DNA from: a bacterium
GTDB lineage: Bacteria; Bacillota_I; Bacilli_A; Mycoplasmatales; Mycoplasmoidaceae
Reading direction: 5' to 3'
Assembly (NCBI GenBank): GCA_017448105.1
Contig: JAFSMC010000003.1
Coordinates: forward strand, 7,360 to 71,359
DNA: 64,000 nt
Position numbers and translations under genes: made by a program. Positions 12,597 to 24,339 of the stretch are shown piece by piece. How positions within the stretch are numbered: position 1 is the first letter of the stretch; the number at the start of each line of letters is the position of its first letter. Below the pieces are notes generated by a model that saw nothing but the letters and a program-made list of their open reading frames with translations, was not told the origin of the DNA and searched no databases.

Positions 12597-13166
12597 TTAT
12601 TTTCTAGCAGAATCAAAGAAGTTAAGGTCATCATCTGGGTCAAATTCAAAATTAACTTCTTTCTTTAGAGGCGGCAAATCTTTTAAAGATTTAATCCCAA
12701 ATAAATTAAAGAATTTTTGGGTTACTTGGTATTGATAGGGGTTACCAGGGGTAGGTGCCTTACCAATGCATTCAATTAACCCCAATTCAGTTAGTCTTGC
12801 TATAGCAAAAGAAGGATCTGAATTACGAATTTCTTCAATTTTGGTTTTAGTACATGGTTGGTTATAAGCAATAATAGCTAAAGTTTCAAGTAAAGTGGGA
12901 GTTAAAGGGTTGATTTTCTTAACCCTAGTATTAAGAATCTTTAGATATTCATTATTGCATTCTTTAGTTAGTAAGTAGTATCTGTTCCCAAAAAGTTTAA
13001 TACAAACTCCTTTGCTACTATCTTCATCATAGTTTTTTATCATTTGCTTGATAATAGATCTAACTTCATCAGTAGGAATATTCAGAACTTTATGCAGTTC
13101 AGCAATTTCTACTCCTTCTTCCCCACATACATACAAAATAGATTCAATAACAGATTGATAGTTCAT
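12597..13166 (-). CDS. scpB: segregation and condensation protein B
   Basis: Intact ORF. IESILYVCGEEG...LETLAIIAYNQPCTKTKIEEIR winged-helix pattern. Confidence 0.85.
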   Translation of the reverse strand: MNYQSVIESILYVCGEEGVEIAELHKVLNIPTDEVRSIIKQMIKNYDEDSSKGVCIKLFGNRYYLLTKECNNEYLKILNTRVKKINPLTPTLLETLAIIAYNQPCTKTKIEEIRNSDPSFAIARLTELGLIECIGKAPTPGNPYQYQVTQKFFNLFGIKSLKDLPPLKKEVNFEFDPDDDLNFFDSARK

Positions 13167-13178
13167 CTTTACCCTCTC

Positions 13179-13949
13179 TTACAAAATATCTATATATATC
13201 TCACTATTAAATTCTTTTTGGTTTAAAACAATAACTTGATTTTTAGCAAGATCAAGTAGCGAAACAAAACAAGTAGTAAAAAACTGGTCAGTTAACAAGT
13301 TTTGATCAAATAAACCTAAAAAATCACTTAAGCTAATTTGTTTAATTTTATCCTTTTTAATGTTTTCAAGGATCCTAGTCATTTCTTTTTCTACTTGTTC
13401 TGCTGAAACTTCTTGAACAATGATTTTGTTATAAGTATTAAAAATATTTAATTTCCATCGTTCGTGGGCATTAATTAAAGCTTTTTGCAAAACAAGTGGA
13501 TTAACTTGTTTAGGCATTGAAACTACTTTTAAAATATTAGTAATGCTAGTCGATTTATTATCAGCATTATTTTGTGAATGTAATTTTAAACGTTGTTCAT
13601 TAGAATTTTGTAAATTTTTAGTAATATCACAATATTGCTTATAAAGAATAATTTGACTAATAATTCTTTTTTTCTTTTCATCTAAGTCTTTTTGTTCTTC
13701 TTCAGATAGTTTCATAATACTATTAAGCATTGATTTAGATTTTATCCAAATCAAAGCACTAGCCATAACTAGATATTCACTCACATCATCAATTAATAAA
13801 TCAGTATGAGTTTTAAGAAAGTTAAGATATTGATCAGCTAACAATTCAATATCAATAGCATTAATATCCATTTTGTTATCTTTCACCAAAGATAACAACA
13901 AATCTAATGGGCCATTAAAACTTTTTAAATTTAAATTTAGTTCAATCAT
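13179..13949 (-). CDS. scpA: segregation and condensation protein A
   Basis: LKSFNGPLDLLLSLVKDNKMDINAIDIELLADQY, the kleisin ScpA N-terminus. Confidence 0.85.
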   Translation of the reverse strand: MIELNLNLKSFNGPLDLLLSLVKDNKMDINAIDIELLADQYLNFLKTHTDLLIDDVSEYLVMASALIWIKSKSMLNSIMKLSEEEQKDLDEKKKRIISQIILYKQYCDITKNLQNSNEQRLKLHSQNNADNKSTSITNILKVVSMPKQVNPLVLQKALINAHERWKLNIFNTYNKIIVQEVSAEQVEKEMTRILENIKKDKIKQISLSDFLGLFDQNLLTDQFFTTCFVSLLDLAKNQVIVLNQKEFNSEIYIDIL

Positions 13950-13951
13950 TT

Positions 13952-14458
13952 TTAACCCTTATAGGTATTACTTTGTCTACTGTAAACGCTACATACACAA
14001 TTAGGAGAAACATTAGATTTTTCTAAAACGATATGATTAGCAAAATCAATACAATCTATCTTTTTAATAATTTTACTATTTAGACAATTGAAAGTGAAAA
14101 CAATCAAATAGTCAGTTTTTGAAAAAAAACTGCGGATAGTGTTTTTATCACCAATAACATAAAGATCTTCATCAACATACTTATCAAATTGGGCAATAAT
14201 ACTTTCTGCTTTATTACATGTTGTGGTATGCGGTAAAATAAAACTTAAATCATTAGCCAAAATGTACCTAATATTAAATTTACTAACGACTTCAACTGAT
14301 AAATGTTTGTTTAATATTTGATAAAACTCTTCTGTAATTACCAGTTGCTTGGTTTTAACAATAGGGACAAATTGTTTTAAAAACAACTTGAAATTAGTGA
14401 TATCTGATAGATCCAACAAATGTTCATCTTGATCTTGCGGCCACAATAAATATGTCAT
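13952..14458 (-). CDS. hypothetical 168-aa protein (faint DHFR-like pattern)
   Basis: Intact ORF. LYVIGDKNTIRSFFSKTDYLIVFTF loosely resembles the DHFR GG...lyvt segment. Not secure. Confidence 0.45.
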   Translation of the reverse strand: MTYLLWPQDQDEHLLDLSDITNFKLFLKQFVPIVKTKQLVITEEFYQILNKHLSVEVVSKFNIRYILANDLSFILPHTTTCNKAESIIAQFDKYVDEDLYVIGDKNTIRSFFSKTDYLIVFTFNCLNSKIIKKIDCIDFANHIVLEKSNVSPNCVCSVYSRQSNTYKG

Positions 14459-15213
14459 TATAACTTTTCTTTCAAACTAAAATATTCTTTGACAATCATT
14501 TCTTTAAATGTTGCCATTAGTTGTTCTTGCTTAATATTTAAAAATTGCGAAGGTGTCATTGGTTTAAACATCGTAACATACACGTTGTGTAAATAATCAT
14601 CACCTTTGCTTTTTTTAAGATCTGCCCCATAAATACAAATAGGTGCAATAGATAAGCCAGAATTGTAGGCAATTTTTAATACAGCTGGTTTAAATTCTTT
14701 AAATTCATGACCAGGAACTCTGGTTCCTTCAGGAAAAACACAAATACTATATCCTTGCTTTGCAAGTAGTTGTTGTCTATTGTAACAAGCAAGAATGCTT
14801 TTACCACTACTACGGTCTAAATAAATCCCATTTAATAAACTAATAACAGCATCAATGTTCTTCTTTTCACTTAATTCTTTCTTACAAACAAAAGTTAAAG
14901 GGGTAGCTAGACCATTTTCATATAAAGAAACAAAGACAACCATAGCATCTCAAAGAGATTTATGATCAGGAATAAACAAGATTTGTTTATTAGCAATATT
15001 TTCAAAACCTTTAGCTACAACCTTAATTCTTTTGATTCATAAGATTTTTTTAAAAATTTTATAAACAAGTTTGTGTCTGTCAACCGTAAACACATCACTA
15101 TTATTCTTTTTAAACTTTTTAGATTTAATCTTAGCAAAGATAATATCAAAACCTAATGAAAAAAAGACAAAAGGAATACTGAATTTATGCAAAATTTTCT
15201 TGATAAAAGTCAT
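14458..15213 (-). CDS. plsC: 1-acyl-sn-glycerol-3-phosphate acyltransferase
   Basis: HX4D box (DHKSLWD) and FPEGTR. ATG at 15213 after joining across TGA. Its TAA overlaps the next ATG. Confidence 0.85.
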
Positions 15214-15218
15214 GATTT

Positions 15219-15386
15219 TTATTTGTATTTACGTTTTTGGGCATTTTTTGATTTTTCTTTTGCTTTTAGCCCTGGTCTTAAATAGAAAAGATGTGATTGT
15301 CTAGCACGACGTGTTTCAGCAGTAATCCGACTAAATTTCTTCATTGCTGTATTTAAATCGCCATCTTTTACAACTATTTTTTGCAT
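15219..15386 (-). CDS. rpsU: 30S ribosomal protein S21
   Basis: 55 aa, below the track cutoff. MQKIVVKDGDLNTAMKKFSRITAETRRARQSHLFYLRPGLKAKEKSKNAQKRKYK. Confidence 0.9.
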   Translation of the reverse strand: MQKIVVKDGDLNTAMKKFSRITAETRRARQSHLFYLRPGLKAKEKSKNAQKRKYK

Positions 15387-15434
15387 TCTATCACTTCACT
15401 TTCTAATAATAAACTATGCTTTTTATTATACATT

Positions 15435-16355
15435 TCATTGATAAACACTATGCATAATACTTTGTTGAATATACTTTTGACATAAAACTACTCCAGAAGC
15501 TAAGACGATTGACTCTAATGGTGCTTTAATGCTTTGTTCAATAAATCTAGGAATTAAATAAAACACATAACCATAGGTTATGAAGTTATTTGGTTCACGA
15601 TGGTTTTTATATTTAAGATATTCAACTGAAATGAAGGGACCTAAAGCAAATGAAAAAAGACTAATCAAAATAATAACCAGCATAGTTGAATAAATAAAAT
15701 ATAAGTTATTGTGTCAATGCATAGTCCTATTTCTTGTGATTCTTATTCAAAAAAAGATTTCACAAACAATAAAAAAACCAATTAAAACACCCAAAGCAAC
15801 TTGTTTAGATAAATTATGAAAAAAAACATATTCTTTGATGTCTTCTTTAGTATTGTGTCATGTTAAAGTGGTTAAAACGAAATAACAAGCACTAACAAAA
15901 CTAACCAAAATAATTTGAAAAGCAACAACATCTCCATAATGGTTTTTTGTGCTACTGTTTTGTCTTAATCGACAAATTGAACCAATTAATCCAGCTGTAA
16001 AGCATACACAAGGCTCTTGAATGGCATACATTCAAAATCATAAAGCACCGCTTGGAAAAATAAAAAAGCTAAGAGTGTCAGTAAATGCTCCAAACAATAA
16101 ACCATAAATCATCCCAAAGTGTCAACCAAACAGCATTACTGGTACTCAAGATAAAGCAATAGATAAATTAAACATTGGTACTCTAATAGCTAACATGGAT
16201 AAAACTAATTTCAATGAAATTAATAGCGCAATTAAAAACATTAGTTTTTTAGATCTAAAAATCTTTATTGGAAACAAAGGAAAAATGAATGATATGACGG
16301 TTTTTAGCCGACTATTTTTGTATTTTAAATTGTCAGATGACTCTGCACATACCAT
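15435..16355 (-). CDS. polytopic membrane protein, possibly an ECF-transporter S component
   Basis: 306 codons joined across TGA. About 6 helices. ...PVMLFGWHFGMIYGLLFGAFTDTLSFF resembles S-component helices. Tentative. Confidence 0.4.
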
Positions 16356-16369
16356 TTAACTAATAGCTC

Positions 16370-17485
16370 CTAAGCAGCAAATGGTGGTTGTGACTTAGAA
16401 AGCTCCTCAGCATACTTATCAATAGTTGATTTAATGATTTGTTCATCTTTTTGAGGTTTGAAAATCACACCAATAATGAAACATACAACTGTTGCTAGTG
16501 ATAAAACAAATAAGACAATAACACCAAAATGAACAATTTGGTAACCGATATATTCTAATTGAGCAACATTTTTAATGGTTTCCGTTTGATATCATGGCAC
16601 AAAAAATATTAATTTAACAAGGTCGAAAATAACAATACTTAAAGTAAAAAAAAGATATGGAATGATTATTGTTCAAGGAAATGAATATTTTAAATTAAGG
16701 TTCTTGACATTTAGTTGATGATAAAAAGACCAAAAGGCATTAGCACAAATTAGAGCATAAATCATAAAACAAATACCAACTCATAGTAGGTCATTAGAAT
16801 TATTAAATTGGTCGTTATATGGAATATCTTTTAAAATCATTGAAACAATAACAAGAACTAAACTAAGTAAACAACTTAAACCTAACAAAACAAGTAAAAT
16901 TATTTTTAAGATCAAAATAATACGTGGTTTGGTTTTATAAGCATAAATCTTACCTAAAGATAAATCATTCATTGCTTTTGAGGTTGCTAAACCATAGATA
17001 TATGATTCATTAACCACATTTGAAAAATTAGGATTAATAGTTTTTCCATATATGTGATTTTGGTTAACATTTTCTTGTTTAGGAGTAGAAAAAACAACCC
17101 CACTCTTTGATTTAGAATGCAAAACTCCACCAGTAATGCTATCAACATTAACTTTAAAAATATTCTTGCAGAAAACAGCTAAGTAGTTAATGTCATCATT
17201 TAAATCTTCAAGTTTGTTTCCTTTAACTAAAAAATTTTTCTTGCTTAAAACAAAATTACGGTTAGTTAATGAGTTGTACTTTTTAATTAAAGAAGCAGTA
17301 AGAAACATTGTTCCTAAATCATGCTTTTTAGCTTCAGTTTTTTCTAGATAAGATAAAATATTTAATTCTTTTTCAAAAAGATCAATAAAACTTTTATTGC
17401 TAGATGGAAAAAAGGCTGGATTTGTACAATACAACAATCCATATAAACGTTTTGCTAGTGTAACATACATCTCTTTCTTGTCCAT
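16370..17485 (-). CDS. hypothetical membrane protein (cytoplasmic about 190-aa N-domain plus about 4 TM)
   Basis: ORF 16781-17485 continues through TGA to TAG at 16370 (371 aa). Confidence 0.6.
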
Positions 17486-17488
17486 AAT

Positions 17489-18424
17489 TTAATTATCTAA
17501 TAAAATTTGCACAAAAGCAGGAAAAGGCAAAATTTTCTTAACTTTTATGTCAACATCAAGTATGTATAATTTTAATAAATTTTTATCTATTTTTTCTAAA
17601 ATATTTTGACTATTAAAAGCACTAAATTGCTTTTGTTGGTAGATAGATAAATCTAAATAATCAGTAATCTTTTTTGCATTTCATTTAGTTTTATGCAAGG
17701 CAAATAAATACATTTTTATTCTAAATAGTTGAGTAGAAAAAATATGCATGATAGTAATAATATTGTTGCCTAAATTAATAAATTTTTCTATTAAAGAAAT
17801 ACATTGGTCATATTGTTCATTTAATCACAATTGAATGATGGCAAAAATATTGTCTTCTGATAAAGTGATTAGATTTTCTTTAAGGACTTTTATATCAAGT
17901 TTTTGAGATTTTGACAAAAGAGCTAGTTTTTGAATTTCACAATTAATAAAAAAATAATCAAAAGGAAGTTGTTGATATAAATAATCTCTAACATCAGAAG
18001 AAATTGTTTGCAGTTTATATTTAGTTAATCAAAAATCTATGACTTTTATTTTACTATCAAGATAAGGTTTTCATACCTTAGAAATTTTGATTTGTAGTTT
18101 AGCAAACAATGAATCTTTAACATCCAAAACTTCAGTACTAATTAAAATAACTTTTTTATCACATCTAGTAGCAATTGCTTCAAGAAATGATTTATAAATG
18201 TTAGATTTGAAATTTCAACATGAAGTGTCAATAACATAAGTTCTATCGTCTTTCTTTGTCTTATTTACAAAGTCAAGGATAGATTGTTCAAAAAGTTTGC
18301 CACTAATTTCATTAATTGTACTCTTTTTATTAAAGAAATATGGTAACTTATCTTGAAAGCATGTTGTTACACAAACATGCCATATTAACCAATCAAAATT
18401 TGAGCAATTAAAACACCAAATCAT
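17489..18424 (-). CDS. holA: probable DNA polymerase III delta subunit
   Basis: 311 codons joined across many TGA. Sits immediately downstream of comEC, the conserved Firmicute comEC-holA synteny. Sequence motifs are weak. Confidence 0.55.
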
Positions 18425-18497
18425 GGGTAAATTATAACTTATCAGTTTTATATTTTATCAATAGTGCTACCATTGATAGAACATAGTAGTATGATGC

Positions 18498-19508
18498 TCA
18501 AAATAGTGGGTGAATATTATTAAATCTTAAAACTTGGTTGAAGAAATCAAAACTTGCTAACAATAAATAAACAAAATAAACAACAGCTTGGTGTAAAATC
18601 ACCAAAAATGGTATCCAAGCAAACAATAGGAAATAAAAATAAAGAAAAACAAAGAAGTAGGTAAAAATAAAACAATTTATAACCACAAACAATGATAAGC
18701 TTTTATTCATTGTCACAATAATGGGTAAAGATAAAAAGCAAACAACCACATTGATCAAGAATTTTTCTAAAAATAAATTATTGATTTTAAGTTCCGATAT
18801 ATAGTACAAACCAACGCAACCAAGAATTGATAAGACAAAGCCATAATTATTAATTGCTACTGGATTAAAAAAAATAATAATTAATCCTACTAATCCTAAT
18901 ATGTTGAATTTAGATAAAACAACTTTTTTAAATATAGATGTAAAGAAAAACACAAGAACAACTCTAGTACAGCTATATGAAAAGTTAAGTAAATATAAAT
19001 AGAAAACAATAACTAACATAGGAAAAAGTGTCCTAACAATTTTTACTTTCTTTAAGATAAACCTTAAACACATTGTCAATGTATGAAGATGAAAACCACT
19101 AATGGTTATCATCCAAACAATCCCCAATGAAACAGCTTGATTGTAAAATTTATAGATGTTATTATCTTTCTTATTCAGAAGAACTAACTTAATAAAGCTT
19201 GCGAGCTTTGCATCATAAGACTGATTGAAAAAATCATTTATTTTACTTCTTAAAGATCAATGTAATAATTTATCAATCTTATCACTTAATTGATAAGTAA
19301 GAAAGTATGGTCTGAAAATAAGTGTTAACCCAATAAAAATAGAAAAAATAATTAAAACACCAACAAACTTTTTTTGTTTTCATATCTTAATAGTAAACAA
19401 GAAGTAAATCAAAAATGGGATTGTTAAAAGAAAAAATAAATTGATAAAGATACATGCATAACCTATGCAACATAAGAAAAAACAAAAGAAAAATGGAAAA
19501 TTATTCAT
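18498..19508 (-). CDS. comEC: ComEC/Rec2-family membrane protein (short mollicute form)
   Basis: Highly hydrophobic polytopic protein joined across TGA. ATG 19508 preferred over TTG 19574, which would overlap the divergent S1 gene. Confidence 0.6.
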
Positions 19509-19562
19509 GTAACCAATACAATAATTTTTAAAACTAGATTTGTTAAAAATATAATTATTTTG

Positions 19563-19904
19563 ATGATAAAACAAAATGAAAACTTTATTGTTGGAAAAAC
19601 AATTGTTGAAGCTAAAATTATCAAAATTGCCAAAACATATGTTTTAGCTAGTTTTGGCTACAACATTGGTATTTGTCATATTTCTAATGTCTCAGATTAT
19701 GTAATTCATAATTTAAATGGTTTTTTTAAACTAAAACACAACTATCACTTTTTAATCATTGGCAATGACAATTATGATCAATTCAATCTCTCTTATAAAG
19801 CTATCCATCCAAAATGTCTAAAATATCATACTAATGTTATTGAAACACCAAATGGATTTGTAAACCTTAAAAAAGATTTAATAGAAAGATTAAAAAGATT
19901 ATAG
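19563..19904 (+). CDS. S1 RNA-binding-domain protein
   Basis: IVGKTIVEAKIIKIAKTYVLASFGYNIGICHISNVSDYV... fits the S1/OB pattern. Confidence 0.6.
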   Translation: MIKQNENFIVGKTIVEAKIIKIAKTYVLASFGYNIGICHISNVSDYVIHNLNGFFKLKHNYHFLIIGNDNYDQFNLSYKAIHPKCLKYHTNVIETPNGFVNLKKDLIERLKRL

Positions 19905-19913
19905 TTATAGTAT

Positions 19914-19990
19914 GCACCATTAGCTCAATCGAATAGAGCATTAGTCTTCGGAACTAAAGGTTATAGGTTTAATTCCTATATGGTGCGCCA
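19914..19990 (+). tRNA. tRNA-Arg (anticodon UCG), CCA encoded
   Basis: Hand-folded cloverleaf. Acceptor GCACCAT/ATGGTGC, D stem GCTC/GAGC, anticodon stem TTAGT/ACTAA with loop CTTCGGA, T stem ATAGG/CCTAT, discriminator G. Confidence 0.9.
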
Positions 19991-19996
19991 TAAATA

Positions 19997-20365
19997 CTAT
20001 TTTTTCATAAAAAAATATTGATAAAAGTTAACAGAACCAAGAATTATGTTTACATCTTGATATGTTTCTATTATTTCCAAATATTTAGGCAAAAGTATAG
20101 AATAACAAAAATTCTTTTCATCATTACTTTGATATTCAATATTGCATCGGTAATATTTATTGTTTAGTCTTATGGCAACATTATTTATCTTGTTACTTTC
20201 AATATATCTTCCATCCTTATCATTAACAATAATGGAATCAGAATTGTTACATAACAAAATAGCTGTTGTTACAACATCAATTTTGAGAAATGATAGTGTT
20301 GTAAACATACTTAACGCTAAAATAAAAAAAGCGAATAAACCAACATTAATGTTTCTCCAAACCAC
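19997..20365 (-). CDS. hypothetical 122-aa protein with N-terminal signal-anchor helix
   Basis: GTG start 4 nt after an AGGAGG. Begins 1 nt after the stop of the C39-ABC gene. NVGLFAFFILALSMFTTLSFL helix. Confidence 0.55.
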   Translation of the reverse strand: MVWRNINVGLFAFFILALSMFTTLSFLKIDVVTTAILLCNNSDSIIVNDKDGRYIESNKINNVAIRLNNKYYRCNIEYQSNDEKNFCYSILLPKYLEIIETYQDVNIILGSVNFYQYFFMKK

Positions 20366-20366
20366 T

Positions 20367-22244
20367 TTACCTCCTTTCTATTATGAAAACGGCATTGTTT
20401 GTTTTAAGTTGCTTAATAAGTAATGAAAAACATGTATGAGATTTAATCGCTGGGTCAACTTGATCAAGCAAAATGATTTTATTTTTCTCGAGTAATAAAC
20501 ACAATAAATTGATTCAATATTGACTTGATCAAGAGCAATCAACATTGTTAAAGTTAATATTTAATAAATGAAGAAATTGTGAAAACAGTTTTGGTGATTT
20601 AACAATATTTCTTTTTAAATAACTAGTTGAAAAAGTTAATGACGAATTAATAACAATCAAGTTAGTAAAAAATGATGATTTGTTATTGATAATTTCTCTT
20701 CTATCCAAAATAATCTCTTTAGCATTGGCTAAACAATCTTTGATGTTTTCACAGATATTAACATGATTGATTTTTAAAATCTGTTTATTATTATTTGAAA
20801 CAAACATAATTTCTTTAAGATTAGTAAAGTTTTGATCATTCATTTTTGTTTTTTTAACTTTACCAACATCAATAATATTTTGGTAAACGTCTCAAAAAAC
20901 ATCAAATTCAATCTTGTTAAGAAAATAATTAGAATAATCATTCAAAATGGCTTTAATTATTTGCATGCTGAACAATAAAAAAGATAATTGCCCTAGCGAC
21001 AATCATTGATACTCAATGATTACAAAACAACTAATAACCATTCCTAGAATTTCAATAAAAGATTTAAAAAGATTTTGAAATAAAGATAAATTGGCATTAA
21101 AAATACTAATATCGTTAAAGTTTTTACAAATATTGTCATAATTTTCCTTGATCTGACTAATTAAGTCATCTCGTTTTGTTTGCCAAAACTCATAATTGAT
21201 ATTAATTGATAGTTTTTCATAAAGCTTTGTATTTTTATTTTCATTTCTTGCCGCTTCAATAAAGTTTTTTTGCTTTTTTCGATATTGAATTAGAACAAAA
21301 ACAATTTCAAAAATACAAAATAACGTAACATAAATGATTGCTCATCAATGTATTGATCCCACAATGCATAAATAAATAATGAAAATGAAAAAGTTAGCAA
21401 TAATGTTATTACTATCAATAACTAAGAAATTACTGATGGAAAAGATGCATTGATCTATTCTCTTTAGTCAAACACTATCGACTTTTTTAGAAAAACTAAA
21501 ATGTTTAAAACTTAAAGATGTAAGAACTTTATTAACTAAAAGGAAATAATGAGCTCTTAATTGTTTTTTAAAATAAAGTTGTTTTAAATAACTCATATTT
21601 ATTTGTAGAAAATAAATAAAAAGAAAGAAAACACTAATCACAAGTAGATTTTTAGTTGATTGTTTAACAATTGCTAAATCAATTAATAAATTTAAAAAAC
21701 TAGAAATAAGAATTGATAATCCTGTCGATAATAAAGTAGCAAAAATTGAAAGTAAAACAAAACGTAAATCATAGCTAAACAAGGTTGTTTTTTGTTGAAA
21801 GTTTATTTTACTAGCCTTTGTGAAGTTTTTCTTTAATCTAACAAAAACTAAAACATCACAAAAAACCTTTTGAAAATCACCATATGATACTTTGATAGAT
21901 TTGTAATAACATGAATCAAACATAATTATGTACTTAGAATGTTTGACAATAATGACATAATGAGCAAAAGCATGATCTTTCTTAATTAAACAAACTATTG
22001 GTCGTTTGTATTGTAAGTCTTTAAACTCCTCTCATTTAACTTCATAACTATCTACTTCCAAATCATACTGATTTGCTAACATCTCAAAATCATATACTGA
22101 TAGTCCAGAAGCAGTTAGATTAGCTTTATTTAAAACTTCAGACTTTTTAACAAAGCTTGTCTTATGAAAATAATTAACAAGTGTGGTAACGACACATACT
22201 CCACACTCTTGTTCATTAGTTTGTTTAGTTATTGATATCTTCAC
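20367..22244 (-). CDS. C39-peptidase-domain ABC-type exporter with degenerate, Walker-A-less nucleotide-binding domain
   Basis: 625 codons joined across 8 TGA. N-terminal QTNEQECGVCVV...AHYVIIV...MFDS (C39 Cys/His pattern). About 6-helix TMD. C-terminal remnant has IILLDQVD but no GxxGxGKS/T. Confidence 0.75.
20370..20375 (-). promoter_or_regulatory. Shine-Dalgarno AGGAGG for the 122-aa ORF, embedded in the last codons of the upstream gene
   Basis: Coding strand reads GAA AGG AGG TAA A GTG. Confidence 0.4.
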
Positions 22245-22345
22245 ACTTATTTAATGACAAAAATGAGTCATTTTGTTGCATAGTTTTAATTTCTTAAATA
22301 TATAAATGTCTATAATTAAATATCTGCATATTTAAGGGATGTAAG

Positions 22346-23623
22346 ATGATTAAATTAAACTCAAAATTTGTACTTACAAAGCAAATCAATGATGCAAAAA
22401 TCAAAACTTTATACCAAACTAAAGTTAATGCTATTTTAAAAACAATTAAAACTAAAAAAGCTTTAGGTTTAAATTTCACTGGATGAATAGATTATCCTAA
22501 TAAAGTAACTAAAACTCAATTACAAAAAATAGTTAGTGCTACTAACAAAATTAAGAACAAGAAGATTAAATATCTTGTTGTCATTGGTATTGGTGGGAGT
22601 TATTTAGGTCTAAAAGCATGTTTAGATATGACTAATGCTTATAAAAACAGCAATTTATCAGTTATCTTTATCCACAACATTCACCAAAACTACTTACTAG
22701 AAATGCTAAGAAAAGTTAAAAATGATAAATATGGTATTGTAGTTATTTCTAAATCAGGAAGGACTCTTGAACCTGCTTTAGCATTTGATATGTTTTATCA
22801 AAACTTAGTACAAAAGTTTGGTAAAAAAACAGCCGATAAACTTATTATTGCCGTCACAAGCCAACATGCTGGTGATTTACGTGAAACTGCTATAAAAAAC
22901 AAGTGACAAACTTTCTTTATTCCAGACAACATTGGTGGAAGATATTCTGCGCTAACTCCGGTTGGTTTAATCACTATGGCTTTTTGCGGTTTAGATTTAA
23001 ATAAATTATTCTCAGGTGCTAAAGATGCTACAAAAAAACTAAAAAATGCTAGCTTATTGCAAAATGATGCATACCGTTATGCATGTTATCGTCACTATTT
23101 TTTTAAGACTAAAAAAATGGATATTGAAAATATTGTCGTTTATGATCCATATTTACAAAGCATTACTAAAACTATGCAACAATTATTTGCTGAGTCAGAA
23201 GGAAAACAGGGCCAAGGACTTTATCCAGCTTCATGTTTATTCACTACTGACTTACATTCTTTAGGTCAATACTTACAACAAGGAAAGAAATGTTTCTTTG
23301 AAACAAGTCTTTTTGTAAAGAAAACACATGCTGATTGTCAATTAAAAATAAAAGACCCAGTTATTAAATATTTAAACAAATTCAAACTTAGCAAAGTCAA
23401 TGAAATTGCTTTTCTTTCTACAATTAAGGCTCATACTTATGATGGTAAAATCAATAATCTTATTATTGAAATTGACAAACAAGATGCCTACCATTTTGGT
23501 TACCTATACACTTGATTAATGTATACAGCTATGATGTCTGCTTACTTACTAAAAGTCAATCCTTTTGACCAACCAGGAGTCGAAGCTTATAAAAAGAGAA
23601 TGAATGATGTTTTGAAAAAATAA
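22346..23623 (+). CDS. pgi: glucose-6-phosphate isomerase
   Basis: [20 protein letters not shown] and GGRYSALT motifs. Joined across TGA. TAA at 23621. Confidence 0.9.
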
Positions 23624-23654
23624 AAATCGTAAATAGTTTATAATTTCATTTATT

Positions 23655-24338
23655 ATGGCTCAAGTTGAATATTGTGTTATTGGATTAGGTAAATTTGGTA
23701 TGCAAGTAGCAAACCAAATTCAATTGCATGGTGGACATGTTATGGCAATTGATATCAATCAAGAAACCATTAATAAAGCAGCTAGATTATTTGATATTGC
23801 TATCAAATGTGATGCTACTGACATTAATGCTTTGATTGATACTGCTATCCAAAATGTTAAAATTATCATTGTTTGTGTATCAAACATTGAAATCTCATCA
23901 ATGATTTGTGCCAACTTAAGGGAATTATCTTTAAACAACATTATTGCTAGAGCAAAAAATAAAATCCATGAAAGAATTTTGAAAATTCTTGGAGTAAGTC
24001 AAGTTACTGTCCCTGAAGTTGAAGCTGCTAATAGAATTGCCACTAAATGTCTTTACAACTTTGGTTGTGATGTATCAATCATTGACAACAACCTAAGTTT
24101 AATTAAAGCAGTTGTTACTAATCCTGAAATTATTGACAAAAACATTGTTGATCTAGTTTTAAAAGACAAATATGGGGCGAATATTATGTTTATCCAACGC
24201 CGTGATATGACTATTTTTCCTATTACTAAGTTTACAAGCTTAAAATTCGGTGATATTACTACTATTCTTTGTCATAACAAAGATATTAAAAAGATTATCG
24301 ATTTACTTACTAAAGAAAAGGCTAGCGTTAAGAAATAA
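23655..24338 (+). CDS. ktrA: K+ uptake regulatory subunit KtrA/TrkA (RCK domain)
   Basis: VIGLGKFGMQVANQI Rossmann fold plus RCK-C. No membrane partner is adjacent. Confidence 0.8.
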   Translation: MAQVEYCVIGLGKFGMQVANQIQLHGGHVMAIDINQETINKAARLFDIAIKCDATDINALIDTAIQNVKIIIVCVSNIEISSMICANLRELSLNNIIARAKNKIHERILKILGVSQVTVPEVEAANRIATKCLYNFGCDVSIIDNNLSLIKAVVTNPEIIDKNIVDLVLKDKYGANIMFIQRRDMTIFPITKFTSLKFGDITTILCHNKDIKKIIDLLTKEKASVKK

Positions 24339-24339
24339 T

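Noticed and set aside
18456-18478. Imperfect inverted repeat TATCAATAGT-gct-ACCATTGATA between comEC and holA
   Set aside because: It has one mismatch and no T-run on either strand. It may be a weak attenuator, but that is not supportable from sequence alone.
22225-22281. 18-codon sORF (MQQNDSFLSLNKCEDINN) just upstream of and overlapping the C39-ABC start, considered as a possible double-glycine leader peptide substrate
   Set aside because: It has no GG/GA/GS cleavage motif, no SD, and overlaps the transporter start out of frame. Probably fortuitous.
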